A stretch of 63,991 nucleotides of DNA, filler included, from Mitosporidium daphniae (Eukaryota): NCBI RefSeq assembly GCF_000760515.2. It is 7 parts of 7 records of this genome, joined end to end, with 100 filler letters (N's around TTAATTAATTAA, not from the genome) between each part and the next. Parts side by side here need not be neighbours in the genome. Positions count along the whole stretch, not along the records: positions 38,616 to 47,985 come from NW_013546672.1; positions 48,086 to 57,356 come from NW_013546671.1; positions 57,457 to 63,991 come from NW_013546633.1; 4 more parts are not named here. The stretch is one strand, 5' to 3'. The position numbers and the translations under genes are program-made. The notes beneath the pieces are model-generated. The model was not told where the DNA came from, made no database searches, and saw only the letters and a program-made list of their open reading frames with translations. This document shows positions 45,101 through 57,695 of the stretch, piece by piece; position 1 is the stretch's first letter, and the number at the start of each line of letters is the position of its first letter.

Positions 45101-47251
45101 TTATTGTGATTGTGACGGCGGTTGGGCCGGAGCGTGGTGTTGGAAAGCATGGCTATTTGGAAAAGATCTCCTCGATCCGGCTCCAAGTATGTTGCCCCCG
45201 CCCACAGTCCTTTTGGTGTAGCCAGATCGGTTTGCATTTTCGCCTATACCAACGGGTCCAGACGGATTACTTGACCGTCTATGAGCTGAAAAGGACATAG
45301 ACGTGGTTGGTCCATACCCGTGCAATTCGTCCATATCAAACGCAGGGGTATTCTTTTTAAAAGAGCCTGGCGATGATGAAGCTTCCCGAAGCCTGTTGTT
45401 AAAAAGGAGCTTATTTTGATAGGCATAAGGGTTGTGCTGGCATTGGTTTGCCGAGTAAGGAGGCTGCCGAAATCCCGGGTATGGTTGCTGCTGATATGCC
45501 TGCTGATAGTTCGGGTTATAGTCATTAAAATGACCATTTCTAGCATTGCTCCCCGTTTGGCCTCTATCTATTTCATCAAAGGATGGCGGCGATGTTGCGC
45601 CACTTGCTTGCATGTTCTGTGGATGTTTGCAAGTCGAGCTTTGGCTCTGATGCGTGGAATTTCTATATAGTTGATACATCGAAGATCCGGGAATCGATCT
45701 TGAGCTTGAGAAGCTATCTTTAGAGACAACCCTTGTGATTCGTTCTAAGTTTGGAGGGATATTATACATTTGCGAGTTAATTGTCGATGACCTAGGTCGA
45801 TGATACGTTTGATGGCTTTGTTCAGGGTATTGTATTATCGTGGCTTGCTGGGCATTTGAATATGAGGAAAGACACCCCGGGCCCGGGGGAATAAACGGGC
45901 CTTTCCACGGCTCGCCTACTATATATGGGTGCAGACGCGCTTGTTGGGGGCTCCACCTTTCAATGGGATTGATGTTTAAAAGATTGGAGATCAAGTCATA
46001 AAGCGATCTGCGGGATTCCATCTCCTTTTCTATTTCTTGGGGCGTGAGGCCATTTCCAGACTTCATTGGATATGTTAGTATGATTTCTTCTAGTTTTACC
46101 GCAGAAAAGTATCTTTTAGACAATTTTTCTTCCGGTAACTGGGGCTGGTTTGAATGGCCGTTGCAAATGTCCTTTTCATATTGCTCCCTGGTTTTGAGTT
46201 TGTAAACGCCAGTGCTTGGCGGCTTTTCAAAATACAATGAAGAATTTCTACCCACATCTAGCATGTATGTTGGGGGCATTCCGATACACTCAACAATTCT
46301 TAAAATTTGGTCATAATTTGAGGAGCCCGGAAATATCGGAATGCCAAGAAACAGTTCGGCCGCAATGCAGCCCAACGACCATATGTCGATGGAGGAGGAA
46401 TAAGGAAGTCCTAGTATCACTTCAGGGCTTCTGTAGAATCGGCTTTGGATATATGTATAAACTGTATGTTGCTCGTGGCATGCACTTCCAAAATCAATTA
46501 CTTTGATGAAGGCTGAATCCATAGTTTGTAAAAGAATGTTTTCTGGCTTCAAGTCGCAATGTACAATTTTAGCCTCGTTCAGTAGACACAGGGCAGATAA
46601 AATCTGCTGCAAGAATATCCTTATCAGCTGGTGGGAGAATCCCTTGAAGTGATTTTGCTTTAAAAGCTCAAAAATGTTCAGCGAAAGCAGCTCAAACACG
46701 ATGCACAGGTGCTTTTTGAAAACAAACGTGTCCTTCATTTTTGTGATGTGCGTGAGTTCTTGATGGTTATACTTTGATGAGTTGAGCATTTCCAAAATTG
46801 TAACCTCCATCATTGATTGGTTGAAGTACGCAGTTTGATTTTTGATGATCTTTATGGCCACTAATTCACCAGTGGAAATGTTTTGGCATTTTACAACTTG
46901 GCCAAATGTGCCTTGGCCAAGCAGCTCCAAAATGATAAACCGCCTGCCCTCTTCGTTTCCAAACTGATCGCCGACCGCCAAAATGTAGTCGTACGTGGCA
47001 TTGTCGACTCCATTGTTGTGAATGCCTTTGGATGGCTTGGTAAGGATCCGTTTTGGATTACTTGCAAGTTCGTATCTATAAAAGGGATCGATGAATTCGA
47101 TCAGGGAGACAAGATTAATGGTCACGAGACGCAGAATGTTTAATTGCTTAGACCGGTGGCCGGGGATATTAGGCGTGTTGTCGGCGTGCATTACGCTGGA
47201 ATTGACTGCACCATCTCCATTTTCCGAAGGATGCTGGTTATAGCTAACCAT
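45101..47251 (-). CDS. YAK1: DYRK-family kinase Yak1
   Basis: NPKRILTKPS, LGQGTFGQVVKC, HCDLKPEN, DFGSAC..YTYIQSRFYRSPE. Confidence 0.95.
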   Translation of the reverse strand: MVSYNQHPSENGDGAVNSSVMHADNTPNIPGHRSKQLNILRLVTINLVSLIEFIDPFYRYELASNPKRILTKPSKGIHNNGVDNATYDYILAVGDQFGNEEGRRFIILELLGQGTFGQVVKCQNISTGELVAIKIIKNQTAYFNQSMMEVTILEMLNSSKYNHQELTHITKMKDTFVFKKHLCIVFELLSLNIFELLKQNHFKGFSHQLIRIFLQQILSALCLLNEAKIVHCDLKPENILLQTMDSAFIKVIDFGSACHEQHTVYTYIQSRFYRSPEVILGLPYSSSIDIWSLGCIAAELFLGIPIFPGSSNYDQILRIVECIGMPPTYMLDVGRNSSLYFEKPPSTGVYKLKTREQYEKDICNGHSNQPQLPEEKLSKRYFSAVKLEEIILTYPMKSGNGLTPQEIEKEMESRRSLYDLISNLLNINPIERWSPQQARLHPYIVGEPWKGPFIPPGPGCLSSYSNAQQATIIQYPEQSHQTYHRPRSSTINSQMYNIPPNLERITRVVSKDSFSSSRSIPGSSMYQLYRNSTHQSQSSTCKHPQNMQASGATSPPSFDEIDRGQTGSNARNGHFNDYNPNYQQAYQQQPYPGFRQPPYSANQCQHNPYAYQNKLLFNNRLREASSSPGSFKKNTPAFDMDELHGYGPTTSMSFSAHRRSSNPSGPVGIGENANRSGYTKRTVGGGNILGAGSRRSFPNSHAFQHHAPAQPPSQSQ

Positions 47252-47471
47252 ATATGATAGAAATGAATATAACGGCAAAGGCGGAAGAGGGCCCTTTTAT
47301 GGTGGGATAATCACTTGTAATTTTCAAAGTGGATTGATAATTTTGTATTTTGTGATTTTCATCAGATTTTTTAAATGGTTAGGTAATTGTTTACTAAATT
47401 ACTCAAATTGCTTATTTGGGCCGGGGTCCTTGGCGCGCGCAGCTATGATACAACAACCATGCTCTCTATAT

Positions 47472-47942
47472 CTAGCTCCGGTTAGGCACGACGCAGGTGT
47501 TACCTGATCTGCATAGCGGACATGTGGCCCTGACAAACGGCTCCTGCTCCTCCACAAGCTTCCTGGCACATGGAACACACAGACAGGGATGTCTACACGG
47601 GATCACAATCACCAGCGATTGATTTTCCTTCTTTAGTTCTTTTTCCTCGCAGAAACATATCACGCACGACAAAAAGTTATCCAAAACCGACGGTGTGCTG
47701 ATGGAAAATGTTAGATTTGGCGAGGCGGCAATTTCGTCCAGCTTCTCCTGCGGAGATCGGGTGAATGGTATCAAATTCGAGAAAATAGACGATGCAGTAG
47801 AAAACAGCGATGACCTCCTCATCGATGGCTTTGGAGAATCCATGGTTGCACTCAAGCTTCGCTTTTCATAGGGAATCGGGATTGCAATCGCGTTTGATGG
47901 CACATTTGCATCGGAAAATAAGGACGTCAAAATGAATATCAC
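47472..47942 (-). CDS. C-terminal RING (C3HC4_3-like) protein, 5'-partial
   Basis: CVICF...IPCRHPCLCVPCA...CPLCR. Confidence 0.75.
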   Translation of the reverse strand: MIFILTSLFSDANVPSNAIAIPIPYEKRSLSATMDSPKPSMRRSSLFSTASSIFSNLIPFTRSPQEKLDEIAASPNLTFSISTPSVLDNFLSCVICFCEEKELKKENQSLVIVIPCRHPCLCVPCARKLVEEQEPFVRATCPLCRSGNTCVVPNRS

Positions 47943-47985
47943 TTGGTTGCTCTACCTTTACAAACACCATTTACCTCAGCACACC

Positions 47986-48085
47986 NNNNNNNNNNNNNNN
48001 NNNNNNNNNNNNNNNNNNNNNNNNNNNNNTTAATTAATTAANNNNNNNNNNNNNNNNNNNNNNNNNNNNNNNNNNNNNNNNNNNN
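47986..48085. other. Artificial contig linker
   Basis: N44-TTAATTAATTAA-N44. Confidence 0.98.
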
Positions 48086-48446
48086 GATATTGAGGCCATC
48101 ATTGTTATCTAAATGTAAGGCAAACAGAAAAGGCATACCCAAGTGATTGCAGGAGGAAATGGAAACACATTCATTTTCGCTCAAAACCAAGTAGCCTGTA
48201 CCGCTAATGCTGGTTGGGGTACATTAACTCTAAATTTGCATTGATGACCCTAGCCGGGGTGTGATTAAATAAATAGCTGGTTTATTCAAGTGGAATCTAA
48301 ATACGATTCCATCGCTTAAGGCCATGAAGACCTTGACGGAAGCGACGCCAAGTCCCCTTGAAAAATCTAACTCTTTATATAAAGACCTGGTTAAATTGGT
48401 TGGCTTATTAATTTGTCATACGAAGCTGGTTCGTATTCCAAACTAC

Positions 48447-51400
48447 TCATACAAATTGAAACCCAGATCTAAGCTTCAGGGCTTCAAGTATCTTTTCCTT
48501 CATAATTTCCTTAGCTCCCTTTATGGTCTCAATACCATCCACTGCAACCTTCTCATCTTTATAATAGGGGAGGTTTAGACTTAAAAGACAGGTAGAAGAA
48601 CTTGGAAAATAGTTTACTGTGCCTCCGTGATTAACTTCAAGGGTTTTTGGAATGTTTCGAGAGCCGGTCCAAAATTGAAGGAGGTCTCTTTTTTCCTTTT
48701 CTGAAAATTTTTGAATTATTTCCCAAAACCAATCCTTTTGTATCTTCAACCCATTTTTCCAAGTTTCTTCTTCTATTCCAGTTTTTCCGTTCGTGAGATA
48801 TTTCCAAACAGTAATGGCTTTCCATTTTTCAAACGCTTTATCGTTGATTTCTGAAAACTCCCCTTCAACTTTTTTTCGTAAACCCTCAATGCTAAATAAT
48901 TGAAGTTCCTCTGGTGGAATAAAAATATGCACTCCGTCGAGGAACCGCTCAATAGTATCTTTGAGTGCAGAATAGTATATTTCGTGTGTCAGTTCGTCTC
49001 TGAGACTATTCAAATCATCATCTGTTAGCACAATAGATGTAAATGTTTCTCCATCTTTGTCTCGAGGAAGATGGGCTCCTATTTTCTCATCAGGAGAAAC
49101 TATCAAATATCGCTTGCAAGCTTTGAAAAAATCTAATTTTTTTTTATCGTCGCCATCTTTATAGAAGTTCTCAAGGTCGTTCAAAAGATTAGAATCTGAG
49201 TTGGAGAAACCCCTATGCAAATCAGTGTCAATTAATTCCATATCTTTGAATAAAAGCGGAATATTTTTTGGATCGCTTGTCAAAATACGGTAAAAAAGGT
49301 CACTAAACCTGCAATCAAGCGTCAATTCTTTAGAAATTGCCAATCCCAGAAACGCTCCACAGAATTTAGCATATTCTTTATTCTTCCCATCTCTTCTGAA
49401 ATAAAAGCCCTCTTTATAAGAATTGAAAATCGAAAGTTCGGAAACTTGAAGTTGGGCCGCCATCAAAGTGGCCCATTCCCTAGACAATCCCCCAGCATCT
49501 ACTCCCTCTTCATTAAGAAATTCGACCTCAAAACTATGTATATGTAATAAAGCACTATGTTCTTTTGGAATACTCAATATTCTTTTGAAAGCTGTAAAAG
49601 AAGAGCGAAAGATATCATCTCTACGTACTTTTATGCTGAACTTTTTGTGAAATAACCCAGCCATAATCCCAATATTACGAATAATAGGGTTAGTGTCGGC
49701 TCCAAAAGACATAAGTAACAAATACTGAAACACCCACTCTGGCACTAAATTTACTAATCGATTGTAAATCTGAGCGAGAAAAAGTATGACATAGTGAGGT
49801 TTATAAAAGAAATATAGGTCGAAAATTAAAATTGGAAGGTCAACTATATTAAATCTGCAATAATATATTTTCGCAAAAAAAAAGACACAATAACAGCAGC
49901 TTAATATAGCTAATATTCCCCCCGGTATTATATTGGTTTCCAAAGAACGGCTAAACTTGTCAATAAAAAACGAATTGAATCTTGTAACAATTAAACTCAT
50001 CAGATAAAATGCAGGCTGAATCTCATATACATAAGAACCATAATAAATAATTGTTGAAAAGACCGATAAAAAATGAAAGAATCGAATGCCAAAATAACAT
50101 GTATCCAAAAATACACAAATTAAATTTTGAACTATAAAGAAATGCACATTATAAAAATGCCTTAAAGAGGTGACATCACTTTTTATGGAAACAGAATCAA
50201 TATTCTCAAGGTAATTGATAAATCCGAGACTTAAATCGGGAATTTCAGGAGCTGATCTTGAAAAAGATAAAGGCTTTGCAGGGGCTACATTAGCATCTTT
50301 CACATTTGCATGAATCTCCTGTGAATCTTTCAAAACAGCCTCTACATCCAATGCACAAGAATATTCAACCTCAGGAATGGAAGATATGTCCAAATTCGGG
50401 GAAAATTTCTTCAATATCTCGTTAGCTTCAAAAAGTTTTAAAATTTTAGACTTTGAAATACCAGTTTGAGAAAAAAGAATCTTTTTAAGCTGATCAATTG
50501 ACTTTGTATCGTTTAGATTGAGAATCGTGTTCCAGTTGGGGATTTTACTGCCTGCAGAATAGGCGGGTGACCAAAAGCTCTTCAAAAGCTTGGCAAAGAA
50601 TACTTGCCACGGCAAAAGATCTCGCTCTCTACGATCCCTCGTCAACTGGTTCAAATGCGCAGAAGTAAAAATTGTTTGCAACGCAGCCTTTTTATCAGCC
50701 GGCATATCTTTTGGAAAAAGATCGGCTTTCGATGAGAGCGTTTCCCTTTCCTCCTCACTCAGTGTTGAATGCATAGCTTTGTCATATCTCAGAATTGAAG
50801 AAACAAAGATCTTAATCTGGTGACGTGGATCTTCTGCATGACTAAGCGGATCCATATGCGAAATTCCATTCAACAGCTCTCGGGCTGTCAAGAGCGCTTG
50901 ATGAAAGTATTTGGCAGAAACAAGCGTCGAAAAAGTAACCACGCAAATTGCAGATGGATTGTTGACATCGACATTGGTTTCAAAGCAATGCGCCTGGTCA
51001 AGATACAAGAAAATATCTTTGTTTTTCAAACCGTACCTGGTTTCAAGGAACGAAAATTGGCCCTCCACAGGCAAGTCCCTCCCAACTCGGCCAGTGTCCA
51101 TTTGATAAACGATCACATTTTGTTTTTCATCGTAATAGACCACGCACCGGTATTTCTTTGAGTCCAAGATCTTTTTCGCCACCTTGGAGTTGCAATAATC
51201 CTTCAAAACAGCGCCGACATCCAACAGTGCTGTTGTGTTTAATTTAAAAATAAAATCCATAAAAGCTTTAAATTCATGATCCTTGGGCATACAAATGCCA
51301 AGGCTCTTCTTAGTAAGCATAGCATAATAGTCAATTTCGGAATGATCATCTTTCGTGTAGCAATTTTGAGCAGGAAAGGCGACCGATTTAAGGCTTTGGC

Positions 51401-54400
51401 TCCCCCTTACAAAAGAGCGTTTGTCATAAATTTCAAGATTCGAGATAAATTTAAGCATTTCCAGATTGCAGGAGGGATGCTTTCTGAATTCAATGAACTG
51501 GCTGAAATATAATAAAGCTTCTTGGGCAGATGATGCCAGAAGATCACGCGATGTCTTTATGTTTTTGATTACTACATTTCTCAAAAATTTATCGAAAGTT
51601 TGATTGGTCTCGTATATCTTGTCCCTTAAATGGTTGAAGAGCTGCAAATGAGATAGTTTCGGTGTCCTCTGCATTAATTTTACTGGGTCATAATCAAGAA
51701 TCTTCAGAGTGGAATAGATATTCGCCTTTGTGAAGAATAAAGGAGGCTCACTGAGATCTTTCATCTCGTTTTCAAGATAAAACTTGAGCGAAATGGCAAT
51801 CATGAACAGCTGGTTTCCAAAGCTGCTGCCCTCCCTTGGTGTATTTGCCATCGAATATGGGATCGGATATGGAACCGAGGATTTCATGGATGCTCCATAC
51901 CCCACATTGCGCACCTTTTCCCAGCAACTAACAAAAAGCTGATCAATAATCAACGCGCGGATTTCTTTGCTTGTCTTTCTCAACATCTTCTCCAGTGCCT
52001 TGTTCAATGTATTTTTGAAGGACTCAGTAGTAGATGGCGTAAGAGGCTCTTTGATCTCAAAAATGGTGATCTCTTCTCCAGTTTGCGATCGGAATATCTT
52101 TTTGTCTTTCAAAGACAGGAAGCACTCAATAAGCACATCAATGAGATTCCAGTCCTTTTCAGCAGGCTCGTTTGTGTCAAAGCTGTACAGAGCTGAAGCA
52201 TCGACTTCGTCGAAAACAACCATCGAATAGTGCTCAATGAAGTGCAAGATCCTCAGAACCCAAGCAAGAGTTTCTTTTGACTCATCTGTGTTTTGCGAAA
52301 ACAGTTCTTTTTTAGCATTCAGCAGGCATTGGATGCTGTTCATCGAAGACACGAACACATCGCCGCGATCATGGGCCATTGTAAGCTGATAGTACAGATA
52401 GCGAAGATACGGCTCACTGTATCCATAATCCGACCGTTCTGTTTTGAATTCGAAAACGCTTTTCCCAAAAAAGTCAAAAAGCCACTGCCGCAGTTGCAAA
52501 ATGTTTTGGTCGAGGATGGAATTGGAAAAGATAAATATCGGCAGTTTTCTCAGCACCGATCTTGCCATGATTGCGATAGCAGGACCGAAACGCATCGTAC
52601 TTGCGCCATCAATTTCCTGCTCCACAGCATACGATTCTTCATCTACAATTTTGTGTAAAATGGTCGACATAATAGTTCTCTGCTGTTCACGCAAAGGATA
52701 TTTTGCGAAAAACTCGATGAGAATGAAAACCTTGTCCTGCATAGTGACAAGTAATTTTTGACCAGGAATTTCTTCTGCTTGTTGAGGAAAAGAATGTTTT
52801 TTCTCGATCCAAGCCTTGCAAAAAGTATTCTTTTTCAAAAGAGGAGACTCACAATAAAAAACTGTGATGAAATGGGACCACAAAAGATCAAGCAGCTTTG
52901 GGACCTTTTCAGCACTAACTGTGAAGAAAGCCCCCAGTTCCTCAACCGACCCACACAGCAGTATTTGGGCAAGAAGCCTGGGGTCTTTTAAGGCTCCCAG
53001 GGGAAACCCGTAAAGAAACTCATCAGTGGACACTATTGATTTCAATTTCTCTTCAAGTGAAGCAGCATCACTAAAGAATGTAAAGCTCACATTTGCCTTG
53101 AACAGATCAGATGAAAGAGCTTTCCTTTGCATGGTTATGTTTAGCAGATTTTCATAGTCGGCAGGAGACGATGGGAGTATTTCTGTGATGTTAAACGATC
53201 CCTCATAAGGGATAGATGACTTGAATTTCACAGATCGGTCATAAATGTCCAACAGTTCATAGGGAAATGTGTTTTTTTTAAATTTAGCAAAAAAAGTTAC
53301 GAGGTTTTCCTTATCAGGGAGCTTGTTGAAAACCATGAAAATCACATAAAATAAAGAAATAATTTTGTATCCGTCCTTATCGTTCTCCATTTCAAGATAA
53401 AATCGTGTAAAATCTACATAATGAGAATTTAGTTTATCCACAAAATCAGTTAAATCGTTGGATGATCCAGCTAGCTTGTATAGAAAAGATAGACAGCTCG
53501 GGAAGTGAATATTTTTTAATATATTCCAGTCGGTCAGCTCTATTTTGAGAAAACTATTTTGAGACAGTTCATATTCAGCATCTTGGATATCCTTTTTAAG
53601 GCTGGGGATATCTAATCGAAACTCTGCGGGTTTTCCAATACTAGAACCGATTTTCAGCTTGTTAGAATATGCCCAAAGATATTTATGCTCATTGATGTTA
53701 GGAAGAAAAGAGAAAAGAACCCTTTTATACTTGAATGGAATAACGGAAATTAAATTCGCAATTTTGGTAATCTTTTCAACCCTATTGGTTTCATCCAAAA
53801 AGCCCTTAAAAAAGATGTCATGTTCATCAAGGAAATGGTTTGCCCAGGCTTCTATCACAAGATATTCGACATCACGGTATTTGATTTCGAGGATATTTTG
53901 CAAAATAACCAATTCAAGCTCAGTGAGTTGCAAAGAAACACTCGAGTACAAGGAAACGTATTCCATAGCCCGGTCATAGTATTTTAAAAAGACAAGCCAA
54001 TAGGCGATGGCAAGGTTGATTTCTCGATCATGGCCCTCAATGTTGAAATGATCATCTTTACACGTAGCACTGACAAAAGTAAAGTTGTATGAATCTCCAG
54101 GCTTTGACAGAGGCACCGGAATGATAATTTGAAAAGACTTTCCAATCGACACAAATAGAAGTGGCAAGTTTGAGGAGACGAGGAAATTTTCTTTGATTTC
54201 AGCAGGAGGGTGGATCTTGAATTTCTCGCCCTTGATAACAGCGAAATACTGTTCACCTCCCTCTTTCACAACATAAAAGTCCTTTGCCGGTCCATTGTAG
54301 CTGTCGAAGAAATAAAAAGATTGAGCCTGACTTTTTAGCATGAAAATGTACGAGTAAAATACAAAGTTAAAAATCGGCTCACGATTCGAAAAATCATCAA

Positions 54401-57356
54401 AAAACGATTGCGAAGAGAAAGAACAGAACGAATTTATGTGAAAAGAACAAGGAAGTGGGCTTGATAAGTTTCCCACAAACTTGGATGAGTTTTCCAAAAC
54501 CAGAGTATTTGTGCCATAAATCTTTCCATACGGGAATCCATCTTTATCAAAAAGTAAAAAAACTTCTTCACTCCACAACCAACTCCACAGCCACATCCAC
54601 AGCCACATCCACCAGCTTTCAAAGCACCTTTTGAATGCAATGATATTATGATCTGATCCTACCATTTTGCTGTTGAATGCAATTTTAAGGTCCAAATGTG
54701 AATGACAAAGCTTGAAATCTTGAGGAATGTACTTGGCTTCCACTTGACCATTCTTTACTAAAAATGCATCGTTTTTGTGCAGAATGAAATACATACTGTT
54801 ATATTTGAGGATGGAGAATATTGAACCATCAGCTCGGCGCTTATATAGCGTAAATTCCAGCTTATACTTACGATTCAAATCGATCCCCATGGCCGTCCAT
54901 AAACTGTGGTTCTGCGATGGAAGTCGTAAAAGTTGTCTAGTTTCCCCATCAATCAGGAAATGTCCATTCACCAAATTTTGGATTCCCTTTTCTGTCTGGG
55001 CTGCGCATCTTGATTTAGAAGAGGAAAATCTCCAATTGTCATAATAGATTCTAAGAACATATTGAATTTCTTCCTTGCAAAAAAACGACTTTATGAGCTC
55101 AAAATTCGATATCACCGACAAATAGAGGGCATGGCTATTGGTCAGGTTAGAAAACTTTTCCCCAACTATCAGCGTATTAAGCTTGAGAAACGCGAAAATC
55201 GGCTGATATTGGGCCACAAAAACATGCTCAAGATCGCCAATGTCAAGGTCGGTTTTTTGGATCGACATCAAGCGATTGAGGATGATCTGGTAATTTGCCA
55301 AAAGCCTAAACAGTTCCGTGTCATCGCCATTTATAAAAATTTCTGAAAGTATTTTATCCCTGCGAGATAAAAAATATTCGATAACTGGAGGTAGAGCCTC
55401 TTTCGTGTGATCATTATCATATGTCGATGGTCTGAGGAGAAAAGTATAAAGTATTTTCATTCCAGCTTCGGATAAAATGAAAGCATCATCTTTTTGGTCA
55501 TAATTCAAGAAAGAAAAACCAGACGAAAATTTGGGATCCAAACCCATCAAACCTAAAGGTCTTTTTTCTTTCGAAGATAGTGATGCAATTTCTTCAGTAA
55601 TATCGTAATCATGTGTTTTTACCTTGAGACTGCTGATAAAATAAGTGGGAATACCAAAATACAAGCGAAAAGTTGCCCCGGAAACATATGGACTGTAATT
55701 AATATCCAATATTTTGTAAAGCAGATCTAAAAGATTGTAATAATGTCCATCAAGTAAGAAATTTTTTGGAATCGCAGTATTATTGGAACTCTCAATCCTA
55801 ATAGGGTTCGAAACTACTGTCAAGATATATAAACTCCTTTTAAAATGTTCTGGATCATAATTATAGTCAGAAGCACTGCCTATCTGATCTTTAATCATAT
55901 CTACATTGAAAAATTGTCCCATCTCATCTGGATTCGGAAGATCTTTGCTGTCTTTAAACAATATGGAGACCAATTTAGACGTAATTTCTATATCTCCATC
56001 AAGAAACGAAATAAATTTCTTCGATTTTGGGAGGATCCTTTCTAGAAGATCGATTTCATCGGAATATGAAAAAGAAGGTGATAACTTTTCAAAAATCCGA
56101 TCATTGATAACCTTAAATTTATTTTCATCGCTATTCAGAGAGTCCTTTAGATATGTGATGTATATTTCTTTGTAGGCTTTGAAAATCTCAACTAAAATCA
56201 GAGCCTTTTGGTATATAAAAAGCTTATTTTTATAGTCCAATAAGCGCCATATTTTGCTGAAAAATGTGTAAAGAAAGTCCATTTTTTCTATATCAGATGA
56301 AGTACAGTTTTTTACCATTGGCATGACCCGGAATGTCAGCGAATCGAGATATGAAATCAGAGGAATCTCTTTGCCCATAAAGCAAGGCTGATAAGCGATT
56401 TCGTTGGTCAAAAAAATGCAAAATTGAGCTTGAAAATTCACTGAAATTTTGACGATCGTAACCACCATCTTGATACTCGAAATTAGGAAGCTCGCAGTAA
56501 AACGTCTCATTGGCAGATAATTTGTCTAAAGGTCCAAGATTGAAAATGCTCCAATCTGGTCCGGAAAAAAAGGCCCTTATGCCTCTATTATCTGCTATGT
56601 GTGTAGGAACTGCGTCGAAAATATTTTTCTTCCTTGCTATTTGGAATTGATCATAAGCTAGCTTTAGGTCTCTGAAAAACACATGCTCTTTCATTTCAAA
56701 CACGCCATTTCCAATTTCAACTAGATATCTGAACATCGTATCAACAAGATCAACATTCCACCTTAAAAACTGAAACTTTGCCATTTCGTTCAATATATCG
56801 CGATTGGATGTTAATTTTTCATACATAAAGTTTTCGGCTCCGTTTTTGTCTTCAATTGAGTGGCTTGGTTGAGATGGGAGAGAAAGGGAATACTTTATGC
56901 GATATTTTTGTGAAACAAAATCAGAAGATTGTTCAGATACAAAATGCTGCAGGCCGCTTAACGATGCAACTAAAAAAATCTTTTTGCATACGCTCTCAGT
57001 GAGTTTGAAGGTACAATATGCGCGATATGAGGAAATAGCACATGTTCCATTTCTTTTGGGATCAATGAAAACATCATACGTTGCATTGGACCGATCAAAA
57101 GCGCCCAAAAGTCTGGGATAGAAGTTTGTGATAACCTTTTCATGATTACCAAAATTCAATGCAGCCTCGATCCAGGCTTCATTGATAAGAAACGGAGGAC
57201 CCTCGTATATGACAACTGGTGAATATTGCTTCCTTGGACCAATATGGTATTCTGGGTGATGCTCTAACCCATCGCCACTGTTATAAATAAGGACTTTCCA
57301 TAAATACTCATGTTTGGGATCAGGAGAGGCGACCTTGAAAATTTCACACAACATTG
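48447..57356 (-). CDS. Giant multidomain HECT E3 ligase: putative Cys-protease + DUF3638/DUF3645 helicase-like + TM + HECT (5'-truncated; frameshift at about 56410)
   Basis: ORFs 56293-57354 and 48447-56510 join at a T7 run. HECT motifs: VRRDDIFRSS, VEFLNEEGVDAGGLSREW, WFWEII, LLQFWTGS, PSSSTC..L.LP.Y. DUF3638/3645-like motifs: LIEFFAKYPLREQQ, VVFDEVD, VGYG..PIPYSMANTPREGSSF, LLDVGA, YLDQAH. Confidence 0.85.
54573..54614. repeat. 12-bp tandem repeat (CCACAGCCACAT-like) encoding WWMWLWMWLWSWLWS
   Basis: Visible in sequence and in the 2687-aa translation. Confidence 0.85.
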
Positions 57357-57456
57357 NNNNNNNNNNNNNNNNNNNNNNNNNNNNNNNNNNNNNNNNNNNN
57401 TTAATTAATTAANNNNNNNNNNNNNNNNNNNNNNNNNNNNNNNNNNNNNNNNNNNN
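57357..57456. other. Artificial contig linker
   Basis: N44-TTAATTAATTAA-N44. Confidence 0.98.
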
Positions 57457-57479
57457 GAGAGTGATTCTTTATTAAATTA

Positions 57480-57655
57480 ACTATTAACGAAAAATGCCCC
57501 AGATGTAACCACAACGAGCTGACGTTCCACACAATGCAACTGAGGTCTGCCGACGAAGGCCAAACGATATTTTACCAATGCCCTAAATGCAGGTTCGTCA
57601 TACTCGGTTATTATTTACTATTATTATTAGCTACAAGTATTCTGTCAATAGTTAA
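57480..57655 (+). CDS. RPA12: RNA polymerase I subunit Rpa12, C-terminal zinc ribbon (5'-partial, 1 intron)
   Basis: [45 protein letters not shown]. Confidence 0.93.
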
Positions 57656-57695
57656 TTTAATAAAGTATCACTCTCAGTATGGTATTATTTAAAAA

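Noticed and set aside
9651..57456. Six regularly spaced (about 9.4 kb) N-flanked TTAATTAATTAA palindromes
   Set aside because: Artificial six-frame-stop linkers joining size-sorted contigs; not biological, and gene neighbourhoods across them are meaningless
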